The translations under genes were made by a program, and so were the position numbers. Below are positions 51,780 through 64,000 of a stretch of DNA of 64,000 nucleotides, in pieces (the first letter of the stretch is position 1; each line of letters opens with the position of its first letter). Origin of the DNA: the human T2T-CHM13v2.0 reference genome, Homo sapiens; the NCBI RefSeq assembly GCF_009914755.1, contig NC_060931.1. One strand, written 5' to 3'. The notes under the pieces are model-generated. The model made no database searches. It saw only the letters and a list, made by a program, of their open reading frames with translations, and was not told the origin of the DNA.

Positions 51780-52705
51780 TGAGCCACCGCACCCAGTTGA
51801 GATTTTTATTTCTTAAAGGAAAGGATAAGGTGGGCCAGGACTAAGACAACACAGTAGCAAACATCTGGCTGAATGCTGGAGAGGAAGACAGTGGGAGATC
51901 CAGGCCAGGCTCCATGGACGAACTGCTTGTTGGCTCCTTAGGCTTTGGGTCTGCGGGACCCTTTCGCTACTGGGAATGGGAGCCTGTCTGACTGCACTGG
52001 GTCTGAGACTCCCTGCTCCTGCTGGTCACCATCTACACGCATGTGGTGTTGGTCTCCAGGGTTAGAACCAGAACCCCTGAGGACGCGGGAAAGGCTGGGG
52101 AGCCTGGGGATGACCTAAAGTCCAGCTATCAAAATGCGCCGCGTTTTCAGAAAAACTACTGCCACGATTTAACCTAAAAAGCTTCATCTGTATTTTCTGC
52201 CACAGTTTGCTTCCGTTTCCTTCAGTCACTATTCCCTGGCGAAGTCTCCACGCGCTCCCGTTCGCCGGGGAACTTAGGGTATCCGGGCTTCCCTAAATTG
52301 ACAAGCGGGGGCCGGCGCCTTCGCCCGCCTTCGCTGGCCGCCGCTTGGTTTGTTCTTCTTCTCCTTCGGGGACTTCTCCGCCCGCGCCCGCGCCCGCGCC
52401 CCAGCTTTCGTCCCGCTGTGCGGAGATGCCACCCAGCTCCACCGCAGGACCGCGGAGCGAGAGGCGGCAGACGCGCTCCGGGGGCCGCCGGTCAAGAGGA
52501 AGATGAAGGGCGCGACGACTTCGCGGTTTCCAGAATGGGCTCCTTCTGGCCCAACAATAAGTGCCATTTGGAATCTTCTCGGCCTTCTCTGTGCCTTCCG
52601 CGCGTCTGGGCTCCCCGGTACCGTAGACCCGGCCCCGAGCTCCGCCCCCTCGCCCTGGGCTTCCCCGCCCCCTCGCCCCCAGTCTCCCGGGCTCTTCGGG
52701 GCGGC

Positions 52706-52730
52706 GGAAGAGCCGAGAACCTTCGCGAAG
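52706..52730. promoter_or_regulatory. Heat-shock element (HSF1 site)
   Basis: aGAAc-cTTCg-cGAAg at 52716-52730 is three perfect alternating nGAAn units, with a further in-phase gGAAg at 52706-52710. About 120 bp upstream of a chaperone gene start. Confidence 0.8.
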
Positions 52731-52779
52731 GTGGGGCGGGCGCCCCCGAGGTTGGGCCCGCGGTATGGGCAGTGGAAAC

Positions 52780-52791
52780 TGCGCATGCGCG
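52780..52791. promoter_or_regulatory. NRF1 site
   Basis: TGCGCATGCGCG fits the YGCGCAYGCGCR consensus within the CpG-island core promoter. Confidence 0.7.
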
Positions 52792-52805
52792 GCGTCAGGG
52801 TCGGG

Positions 52806-52850
52806 CGGAAGTTGACGCCGCCGTGCCGCCGCCGCGTGACGCATTTCCTG
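52806..52850. promoter_or_regulatory. ETS (GABP-type) and CRE half-site motifs at the TSS
   Basis: CGGAAGT (52806-52812) is followed directly by TGACG (52813-52817). A second TGACG lies at 52837-52841 and a reverse ETS core ATTTCCTG at 52843-52850. Confidence 0.55.
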
Positions 52851-52988
52851 TTTGTTGTTGGAGAAAGGAGAGAAAGGAAAGCGCGAGGAGCCGCCGCCAC
52901 CACCAGCGCAGCAGTCCTGGAGCTGTGAGGAGATTCGGGCCGTCACCCTGCCTCCCCTGCGTCCCGCCACCGGCCGCTTCTGTCCTCG
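52848..52988 (+). other. DNAJB6: DNAJB6 exon 1 (non-coding 5'UTR exon; start approximate)
   Basis: Sequence ggagaaaggagagaaaggaaagcgcgaggagccgccgccaccaccagcgcagcagtcctggagctgtgaggagattcgggccg...gcttctgtcctcg matches my recollection of the DNAJB6 mRNA 5'UTR. It ends at a consensus donor TCG|GTGAGG (52989-52994) and contains no ATG, so the start codon should be in exon 2 beyond the window. Confidence 0.85.
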
Positions 52989-54071
52989 GTGAGGGTCTGT
53001 TCCGAGGGTCGGGGGAGGTCGCCTAGGGCCCCGCGCGCGCCCGGCAGACGGCGGACCTCACCCGGCGCCTGGCAACAGCGCGGGGGGTGACCGGGGTCGC
53101 CGGCCGGGGAAAGGACTGGACGGGGCGGGGGTCGTGGCCGGGGTTGCGGGGCGAAGGGTGGGCGGGGTCCTCTGGGTCTGGTCTGGGGCCGGGGCCGGGG
53201 CTGGGGTCTGGGGCCGCCCGGCCGCGTCCTCCCCGCCCGGCGTCCTTGCCGGAACGCGGCCCAGCCTCCGCGGCGGCGGTTGGGGGTGGGGCCCGGCCTG
53301 GGAGCGGCCGGCTGGGGCTCGGCTGGGGCTCGGCGGGGCCGGCAGCGTGGGAGGCGTGGAGCGCCTTCTTTTTCTAAGGCTCCCGCACTCGCGTCTGAAA
53401 CCAGAAACGGGAGTGGCTTGCGGAGCAGGAATGCCGCAGCCGTGCCGCCAAGTTCGGAGGGAGAAGAAGCAGGTGGGGGACCGCAAAGCCCTGTTTCTAG
53501 AACTCCGGACGGATTGTTCAGAAGTTTGTGGAAGAGCAGGCTGCCTTTCTCACTCAGAATGTTTGTCTGCTTTGCTTTGCGTTAAAGAATCTGCACCGTA
53601 GTTGATGCAACTGAAGTTTATATAAGAAGTTTACATTAACTCTTACCTAAGGAAGGTCAGTGACACACGCAGTGTAAACTGCAAATCATATATTGGCTCG
53701 AGAAAGGTTTTGGCACTAGCGAATTTTTTAAAGGATGGGTTTGCTAGTCAGACGTAAACTTCTGTGCTAACTTTCTCACGTAAACGGGGCAGGAAACAGC
53801 GCAAGTAGAACGATCGTGCCACCACCGAAGGGGTGCCGCCTGCGAGCTCGGAGGCTTCAGCCTGTTTGGGAAGAGTAGGCTGAGCGGCGCTCTTTGTAGT
53901 TTTCAACGTTTTTATTGAGTTGCGAATTTTAGTAAGGATTTGTCGCTACAATTTAAGCCAAATTATTGATTTAGTAGAAAAGTTAGAGTGAAGACCGAAG
54001 AAAGGAAACAGACGTTAACCATTAAAGCTTGATTGCTGCTGCTTCGTGTTTAACCGCACTTTTCCAAATAG

Positions 54072-54302
<231 letters not shown>

Positions 54303-55124
54303 TGAGTAGCTGGGGTTACGGGTGCTCGCCACCATGTCCGACTAATTTTTGTATTTTTAGTAGAGACGGGGGTTTCACCGTGTTGGTCAGGCTGGTCTCG
54401 AACTTATGACCTAAAGTGATCGCCTGCCTCGGCCTCCCAAAGTGTTGGGATTAGAGGCGCGAGCCACCGCGCCTCGCCGACTCCAGACTTGTTTCCACTC
54501 CTGAGGGCCTTAAGCTCCCTTGGAGTTTGTGCTTTCACATTTCTTTCTGCCTTCCGTGATAAAGGGATGAATAGTTTTTATGCACGCTTCAGCGAGCTGC
54601 GGGTTTTTGTGGATTACGCAGGCTGTGAAATTTGGGAAGTAAGTTGCCTTAAGTTGGTAGATGTGGAGATTTGACAGGAAGTGGGAGAACAAAGGGGTTG
54701 GGAAGCTTTTGGAAAGTGTCCAGGCTTCATCTGTGCTGTGGAAGGTGAGAAAGTTGGGAATTCCAGAGGGCAGAGCTCTTAAAGAATTTGAGATGAGTTC
54801 AGCACTCTCTTCAAAACAGTGTTTTAAAATTTATTTTCTTCTGGATATGAAAGTGTTAGGTTTGGGAAGTAATTCTGGCTGTAGGACAGTTTTTCCGGAA
54901 CACTAGGTGGGGAGTGTTGAATGTTGTGAAGACTAAAATATGCATATGGTATTACAGTGTGATACCTGTTACTGAGTGGCGTACATTAGCTTTCATTTTT
55001 AAGCAAGCCCGTAATTCCCTTCTATTAACTCTGTTTTGGACAGTGGTACCCGTCACCCTCATCAGTCTTCAACCTAGATAACCTAAATCCAGGTCTGAGG
55101 TGGGGGTGGAATGGTCTGTTTGCA

Positions 55125-55157
<33 letters not shown>

Positions 55158-55194
55158 AGACGGAGTCTTGCTCTGTCGCCCAGGCCGTAATTAA

Positions 55195-55350
<156 letters not shown>

Positions 55351-55441
55351 TAGCCAGGATGGTCTTGATCTCCTGACCTCGTGATCCGCCTCCTCGGCCT
55401 CCCAAAGTGCTGGGATTACAGGCATGAGCCACCGCGCCCGG

Positions 55442-55446
<5 letters not shown>

Positions 55447-55480
<34 letters not shown>
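55447..55480. repeat. (TG)17 microsatellite
   Basis: Directly visible, at the tail of an antisense Alu. Confidence 0.95.
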
Positions 55481-55481
<1 letters not shown>

Positions 55482-56794
55482 TGGAGTTTAGCTCTTGCCC
55501 CTGCTGGAGTACAATGGCACCATCTTGGCTCACTGCAACTTCGCCTCCCAGGTTCAAGCGATTCTCCTGCCTCAGCCTCCCGAGTAGCTGGGATTACAGG
55601 CATGCGCCACCACGCCCAGCTAATTTTTTCTATTTTTATTAGAGACGAGGTTTCACTATGTTGTTCAGGCTGGTCTCGAACTCCTGACCTCAGGTGATCC
55701 ATCCGCCTCGGCTTCGCAAAGTGCTGGATTACAGGTGTGAGCCCGCGCGTCCGGCTGTCACTTTAAAGAGTATTATAAGAGGGCACTTCATAACTTGGGC
55801 AGGTATTTTTAGTCATCCTGAACGTGTCGCTGTGGACTGGGTGTCACCGCGGGACCGCACAGACACCTTACTGTCGTCTGCTGTAAAGGTCAGCTTCTAT
55901 ATTGGTTAATGCTTACAGATATCTGTTGAGGAATAAGAGAATGTAATTAGCCTTTGTATTTGTGAGTTGACGTTTTGACGGGATTTTTACTTCTTAGTAT
56001 TTATTTGCATCGAGGTTACACACTGGATTAACAGCGTTTTTTGGAAACCTTTTTAAAACTTTTTCATTTCCTCAGAAATGATTCTGTTCAAAATCTGGTT
56101 TGGTTAAATTTGTGCAGGACCCCACCTGGTGGTGAGAGGCGGGTAACTGCAGGCTCATTAGCGAGTAAGAGTAGGATCAGTGGCAGGATTTAGCAAATGG
56201 TGTAGTTCAAGGATGAATAGAATTTGAGAATATCAAACTCAAAAAAATGAGGTTAATGAGAAGAAGAGCAAAGTTGGTGAAAACAAGAATATGTTAGAAA
56301 CGATGATGTAGGAATGGAAAAACGACAACGCCTACCTGCAGAAAAGTCAACTAGTAAAAATGTGATTTTTTTTTTTGTATTGATATTAATGAGGTGTTTT
56401 GTCAAACAAAACCCTTTATGTTTTTGTATGGACATAAATCACTGTTGACCTGTTTCATGTTCCTGGAGATATCCTACTTGAGAAGGAATATTGATTGATG
56501 ATTAGTTGACTGACTGATTTACTTGAGATGGAGTCCTTGCTGTGTGTCCCAGGCTGGAGTGCAGTGGCGCGGTCTTGGCTCACTGCACTCCTGGGTTCAA
56601 GCCATTCTCCTGCTTCAGCCTGCCAGGTAGCTGGGATGACAGGCGCGTGTCACCACGCCTGGCTAATTTTTGTATTTTTAGTAGAGACGGTTTCACCATG
56701 TTGGTCAGGCTGGTCTCGAACACCTGACCTCAGGTGATCCCCTGCCTCCGCCTCCCAAAGTGCTGGGATTACAGGCGTGACCCACCGCACCTGG

Positions 56795-56795
<1 letters not shown>

Positions 56796-56833
<38 letters not shown>

Positions 56834-56847
56834 CGCTCGCGCGCGCA
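56796..56847. repeat. (TG)15(CG)n compound microsatellite
   Basis: (TG)15 then cgcgcgcgcgc-t-cgcgcgcgca. Confidence 0.95.
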
Positions 56848-58111
56848 GGTGGAATCACCCTGTGTGCCCAGGCTGGTCTCGAACTCCTGGCCTCAAGTGA
56901 GTCTTTCATCCCGGCCTGTCAAAGTGCTAGAATTACAAGTGTGAGCCAGGTGCCTGGCCAGATTTTAGATTTTTTTGTTGTTGTTGAGATGGAATCTCAT
57001 ATTGCCCAGGCTGGATGCAGTGGCGCCATCTCGGCTCACTGCAACCTCTGCCGCACGGGTTCAAGCGATTCTCCTGCCTCAGCCTCCCGAGTAGCTGTGA
57101 TTACAGGCACCTGCCACTGCGCCCGACTGATTTTTGTATTTTTAGTAGAGACGGGGGTTTCACCATCTTGGCCAGGCTGGTCTTGAACTCTTGACCTCGT
57201 GATCCACCCGCCTCGGCCTCCCAAAGTGGTGGGATCACAGGTGTGAGCCCCTGCGCCAGGCCATATTTTAGAATTCTTAAGCTGTGTTGCAAAATTACGT
57301 GTCTTTGGAAGGGTGATTTAGTTTACACTACATATGATTTTTCCCCCTTTGATATTTTTCTACTTACCTTTTGCCACCAAAGGCTTAAATTAAAAGTGTG
57401 TTTTATATTTGTGTTGTGCATATATATGTGTGTGCTCTAGTTGGTATGCTTATGAACTGTGTACTAATACTTATTCCTCTCTGCCACCTTGAGATGGCAT
57501 ATACCACTTGGGTGGGCTTTGAATCTGAAGTTATTTTTGTTTATAGGAATGTCCAGGACACAGAGTGCTTAGAAAGTATTGATTGAATTAGATTCTTTCT
57601 AGTTTGTGTATGTCCTGATGACCTTCCTGTGATTAATAATGGAATCCAGAATTCAAGAAAGTTGGAAAAAATAAGTTTCAGCAGCACTGGAGACTGAGTA
57701 CTTAACCGAGTGTTGCTTTGTTTATTTTAGAGTCTCACACTGTCACCCAGGCTGGAGTGCAGTGTCGCGATCTTGGCTCACCGCAACCTCCACCTCTGGG
57801 GTTCAAGCGATTCTCCTGCCTCAGCCTCCCTGGTAGCTGAGATTACAGGCGTTCGCCACTACACCTGGCTAATTGTTGTATATTTAGTAGAGAGTGGGTT
57901 TTGCCATGTTGGCCAGACTGGTTTGGAAGCAGGTGATCCACCTGCTTTGGCCTCCCAAAGTGCTGGGATTACAGGTGTGAAGCACCGAGCCTGGCCCTAT
58001 TTTATTATAATAATAATTTTTTTTGAGACAGGGTCTCACTCTGTCACCCAGACTGGAGTGCAGTGGCGTGATCTCAGCTCACCCCAGCCTCCGCCTCCTA
58101 GTGTCAAGTGA

Positions 58112-58356
<245 letters not shown>

Positions 58357-60140
58357 TAGTAGAGACAGGGTTTTGCCCTGTCCAACTCCTGACCTCAGGT
58401 CATCCGCCTGCCTTGGCCTCCCAAAGTGTTGGGATTACAGGCGTGAGCCAGCGTGCTGGCCTAACTTCTATATTTTTAGTAGAGATAGGGTTTCACCATG
58501 TTGGCCAGGCTGGTCTTGAACTTGTGACCTCAATCCACCTTCCTCGACCTTCCAAAGTGCTGGGATTACAGGTGTGAGCCACCAAGCCTGGCCTATTATG
58601 ATTTTTTAATGAAAGGGAGTTAAGCTTGGAAGTATCTAATAGGTGATGAGTGCTAGTTGAAGAAATGGTCTCTGATCTTGAGTAATGGGGAAATAACTTC
58701 TGTGTTTGTTTCAGAAATATTTTAGGACATACTGGATAATGAAATAAGTAGGTGATGTGTGTGATAAGGAATGAAAATTCACTGCTGTGGGTTTTTTTTT
58801 TCCTACCTGTCTGTACTTTTTTTGTTTTTGCTTTTTTTTTTTGTTGTTTGAGACCAAGTCTCACTCTGTCACTTAGGCTGGAGTGCAGCGGCGTGATCTT
58901 GGCTCACTGCAACCTTTGCCTCCCAGGCTCAAGCAATTCTTGTGCTTCAGCCTTCTTTCTGAGTAGCTGGGATTACAGATGTGCACCACCACACCCAGGT
59001 AATTTTTTTTTTTTTTTAAGACAGAGTCTTGCTCTGTTGCTCAGGCAGGAGTGCAGTGGCACTATCTTGGCTCACTGCGCCTGCACCTCCCAGGTTCAAG
59101 CAATTCTCCTGCCTCAGGCTGCCGAGTAGCTGGGACTACAGGCGCTCACGACCATGCCTGGCTAATTTTTGTATTTTTAGTAGAGAAAGGGGTTTGCCAT
59201 GTTGGCCGGGCTGGTCTTGAACACCTCAGGTGATCTGCGTGCCTCGGCCCTCCAAAGTGCTGGGATTACAGGCGTGAGCCACCTCACCTGGCCTCAGATG
59301 AATTTAGAAACCACTATTTTTTTTTGAGATGGAGTCTTGCTCTGTTGCCCCGGCTGGAGTGCTGTGGTGTGATCTCAGCTCACTGCAAACTCTCCCGGGT
59401 TCAAGCAGTTCTCCTGCCTCACCTGGAACTACAGGCGCCACCACGTCTGACTGGGTTTTGTATTTTTAGTAGAGACGGGGTTTCACCACGTTGGCCATGC
59501 TGTTCTCAAACTCCTGACCCCAGGTGATCCACCTGCCATGGCCTCCCAAAGTGCTGGGATTATACGCATGAGCTACCCACGCCTAATCTTTATGTGACGT
59601 GTTTTTTTAAAAGTCCTAAACTTAGAGGTCATTGAATTTATTGGAGAAGGTTATTTTTGATTAATGGCGATTAGGCTAATTTTTTTCATGGTTTTAATAG
59701 AGATTTTTCGTTTTTTTAAACTTGATTTAGATGTATTGCTTTTGGAAATTGCAGAAATTAACAAACCGAGTTTTCCTAAGAAATATTTTTTCTTAATTTC
59801 TTAATTGAAAAGTTTTCTATGGCTTCCTTAATAGACAGTAGGACCTAGTTAATAGTTTAAAGAAGTTTCATAATTGTTATTAGAAATGTTAATTATGGGC
59901 CGGGTGTGGTGGCTCACACCTGTAATCCCAGTACTTTGGGAGGCCAAGGTGGTCAGATCACAAGGTCAGGAGTTTGAGACCATCCTGGCTAGCATGGTGA
60001 AACCCCATCTCTACCAAAACAATACAAAAATCAGCTGGGCGTGGTGACGGGTGCCTGTAGTCTCAGCTACTTGGCAGGCTGAGGCAGGAGAATGGCGTGA
60101 ACGCGGGAGGCGGAGCTTGCAGTGAGCCGAGATCCCTCTA

Positions 60141-60398
<258 letters not shown>

Positions 60399-60851
60399 CT
60401 ACGCAAATTCCCTTCCAGCCTGAAATTATTTGTTTTTTTATTTTTTATTTAAAAAAAAATTTATTATTTTTGTGACAGGGTCTTGCTCCGTTACGTAGGC
60501 TGGAGGGCATTGGTGCGTTCACGTCTCACTAGCATCGACTGCCTGGGCTCAAGTGATTTTCCTGCCTCAGCCACTTCCAGTAGCTGGGACTACAGGTGCA
60601 CACTGCCACACCCTACTGAGTTTTTGTATTTCGTAGAGACAAGATCTTGCTGTGTTACTCAGCGTGGTCTTGAACTCCTGAGCTGAAGTGATCCCCCTGC
60701 CTCAGCCTGCCAAAGTGTTAGGATTACAGGCATGAGCTACTGTACCCAGCTGTGATTTCTTTTAAAGTGCTACTTTACAGCACTGTCACTTTTATTTTAT
60801 CATTTTTAACTTTAAAGTTTTTTGTTTATTTTTATTTATTTTATTTTTTGA

Positions 60852-61211
<360 letters not shown>

Positions 61212-61410
61212 TGACATGACATGGCTCACAGCATCCTTGATCTCTTGCGCTCAAGTGATCCTGCCATTTCAGCCTCCTGCGTAGCTGGGAGTACAGGCAT
61301 GTGCCACCCCACTCAGCTAATTTTTTTTATCTTTTTGTAGAGATGGTGTCTTACTGTGTTGCCCAGGCTGGTCTCAAGCTCTTGGGCTCAAGTGATCCTT
61401 CTGCACATTT

Positions 61411-61533
61411 CCAAGGTTGTTTCACTCCTGTGTCTTTGCTGTCTAGAAGCTTTTCAGTGTGATGTAATCCCACTTGTCTGTTTCGGCTTTTGTTCCTTGT
61501 GCTTTTGGGGGTCATATCCAAACAAAGATTGCT
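61411..61533 (-). mobile_element. L1M ORF2 fragment
   Basis: tttgctgt..agaagcttttcagt.tgatgtaatcccacttgtct.tttt.gcttttgtt.c.tgtgcttttggggtcatatcca is typical antisense L1 ORF2 sequence. Confidence 0.65.
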
Positions 61534-62102
61534 GAGGGGCCAAATTTTAAATTGTGTATAATTTTAATGACTTCAGATTTAAATAGCTGCATTTGGCTTA
61601 TGGAGTCTTTTGAGCAGCATGGTTTTAAAAAGGTTTTTGCCAAGTGGGGTTCTAATGGACACCTATGCTTGTAGAGCTCTGATGTGAGTGATCTGCTGTA
61701 GAAATTACTTCTTTTGATTTAGTATATTATTTTAAAATGCAGGTGATGCACTGGTTTCTTGGTGAGGGAAGCTGGTTTTTCCTGGCTGAGCTTCTGTAGG
61801 GTGGAGGGCTGGAGTCCAGGCTCTCGCTGGGCAGGGAAGGCAGCTTGAGTGTGCCTTCCAGTCCTCCTGAGGGCCCACTTTTTCTGGGATCACCTGTTTT
61901 CTGTAATGTGCATTGAACACACGGGCCAGGAGAAGAGGGAAGTAGAGGAGCTTTGTCCTCTGTGCTCATCCTCACAGTGCTGGGCGGGCCAGAAGGATTC
62001 AGGGCCAACCTTAGGGAGATGAAGGCCAGTTAAAATGTTTTATTGCCACAAATGGTGTCTTTTAAGAAATGAATCCATGTATTTTACACTTAAATGATAT
62101 TA

Positions 62103-62151
62103 GGCTACTCCGGGCACACTGCCTATGGGGTAGCCCTGCTCTGCAAGGAGT

Positions 62152-62182
<31 letters not shown>
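62103..62182 (+). mobile_element. Short (52-nt body + A28) retroposed element, copy 2
   Basis: GGCTACTCCGGGCACACTGCCTATGGGGTAGCCCTGCTCTGCAAGGAGTAGT followed by a pure poly(A) run at 62155-62182. Confidence 0.65.
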
Positions 62183-62185
<3 letters not shown>

Positions 62186-62683
62186 AAAGATACAACTTAG
62201 TTTCTCTGTGACTAGGGAAATCGTCCAAGTATGTATCAAATAATGCTAATTGGTACCTAGTTTTATATCTTGATTAGGCAACTTTTTGCTTAAAATTGTT
62301 TTGGAATGCATTAGTATTTCTACAGCTTCAGGCTGCTTTATCATCTAATACACAGTTGGATATTTAATATATAGTTTTATCAGTTTTTTTTAAACACTGT
62401 TTTTGAGAGGTCTGAGGAAAAAAAAGATAGTGTTACCAAAAATACTTCTATAGGGAAATACTGATAGAAATGTATAGGTAGCCTTGAAATTCTGAAGTTA
62501 ATAAAAAAATTTGAATGCAGGTAACCTTTCATGGAGTTTGTCAAATTTTAAATTGTGTCTTACATCAGTGATGACTGAAGCAGTAAGGAGTGAGCTTGCA
62601 GCAAACAGTGGGGATTGTTGCAGCATCAGCACTTCAGCCAGCTCTGCAGGTTTCCTTGGAGACACGTGGATTTCTCTTTCTAG

Positions 62684-62905
<222 letters not shown>

Positions 62906-62939
62906 TAGCTAGGATGGTCTTGATCTCCTGACCTCGTGA

Positions 62940-63041
<102 letters not shown>

Positions 63042-63387
63042 TAATTTATATTCTAAATTTGTTAGTCTTACTGGCATTTGATGAAAACTAAAAAGGTAAT
63101 TTTGAGATTTCAAGTACTGGTGAGAGAATGTCCCATAGCCTTGAGGGTTGGAATTGTGTACATTGACAGCATAGTGCCACGATACAGGCTAGCATGAGTT
63201 CTGGAGGCAAACTTGGATTCTTACTATTTTTAAAGATGCAATGTCTTTGGTATGTTGCCCAGGTTGAACTCAGACTCCTGGGCTGAAGCCATCCTCCTGC
63301 CTCAGCCTTCTGAGTCACTGGGACTTTAGGTGCACGTGACTGTGCTCGGCTCAGACTTGGGTTTTGAACTTGCTGGAACATTGACAT

Positions 63388-63500
63388 TTACTTAATTCCT
63401 TTGAGCCCCCGTTTCCTCACCTACAAACAGTAACTCACAGAATGACTGTAATGGAATACGTACCTGTAAGAATGTGTGACACGTGAGTCAGTAACACATT
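63388..63500 (+). mobile_element. MIR fragment
   Basis: ttacttaa..ct.tgagcc.c.gtttcctcacct..aaa resembles the MIR core. Confidence 0.5.
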
Positions 63501-63590
63501 GTTGCCCCAGCTCCTTTCCCCCTTAATCGGCTAATAATTAAGCCTCAATTATTAGTAAACTAATTAAGCATCATATGACTTGATGATTAG

Positions 63591-63998
<408 letters not shown>

Positions 63999-64000
63999 GT

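Larger units (their letters stand above)
52240..53560 (+). promoter_or_regulatory. DNAJB6: CpG-island promoter of DNAJB6
   Basis: Very high GC and CpG density with no Alu. GC boxes (e.g. GGGGCGGG 52733-52740), HSE, NRF1 and ETS/CRE motifs lie directly upstream of a recognisable DNAJB6 first exon. Edges approximate. Confidence 0.9.

Noticed and set aside
52890-52904. Kozak-like GCCGCCGCCACC in exon 1
   Set aside because: Followed by ACC, not ATG or a near-cognate start codon.
52274-53601. Overlapping 140-240 aa Arg/Pro/Gly-rich ORFs on both strands
   Set aside because: Expected from stop-codon scarcity in a CpG island. No recognisable domain, and DNAJB6 coding sequence is not in this window.
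62103-62154. HDV-like ribozyme fold for the 52-nt element (P1-like GGCTACT/GGTAGCC followed by a hairpin)
   Set aside because: No GG for P1.1 after the P1 3' strand, no J4/2 catalytic C context and no P2 3' strand before the poly(A).

Overview
Human (primate) non-coding genomic DNA, very Alu-dense (by hand count roughly 100 Alu copies or fragments), with no protein-coding exon I can support. The CpG island at about 52.2-53.6 kb holds the promoter and non-coding exon 1 of DNAJB6 (Hsp40/J-domain co-chaperone, 7q36.3). I recognised it from the remembered 5'UTR; a canonical heat-shock element plus NRF1, ETS, CRE and GC-box motifs fit that call. Intron 1 runs to the end of the window. The upstream ~52 kb is intergenic (from memory, between UBE3C and DNAJB6). 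It contains a 7SL RNA pseudogene, nested ERV solo LTRs (LTR40, MER4, MER31, MER41B, LTR8, MER34-like, MLT1), two short minisatellites, a ~0.9 kb TG-rich tract and an orphan CpG-rich E-box cluster. Most notable: (1) two gap-free copies of a 52-nt, two-hairpin, poly(A)-tailed mini-retroelement related to an LTR segment; (2) an inverted MER31 LTR pair ~17 kb apart with an apparently homogenised core; (3) a MER41B LTR with GAS, perfect CArG, ETS and IRF motifs; (4) several locally templated or tailless insertions. Repeat family names come from remembered consensus sequences, not database searches. Nothing here is established as a new biological system.
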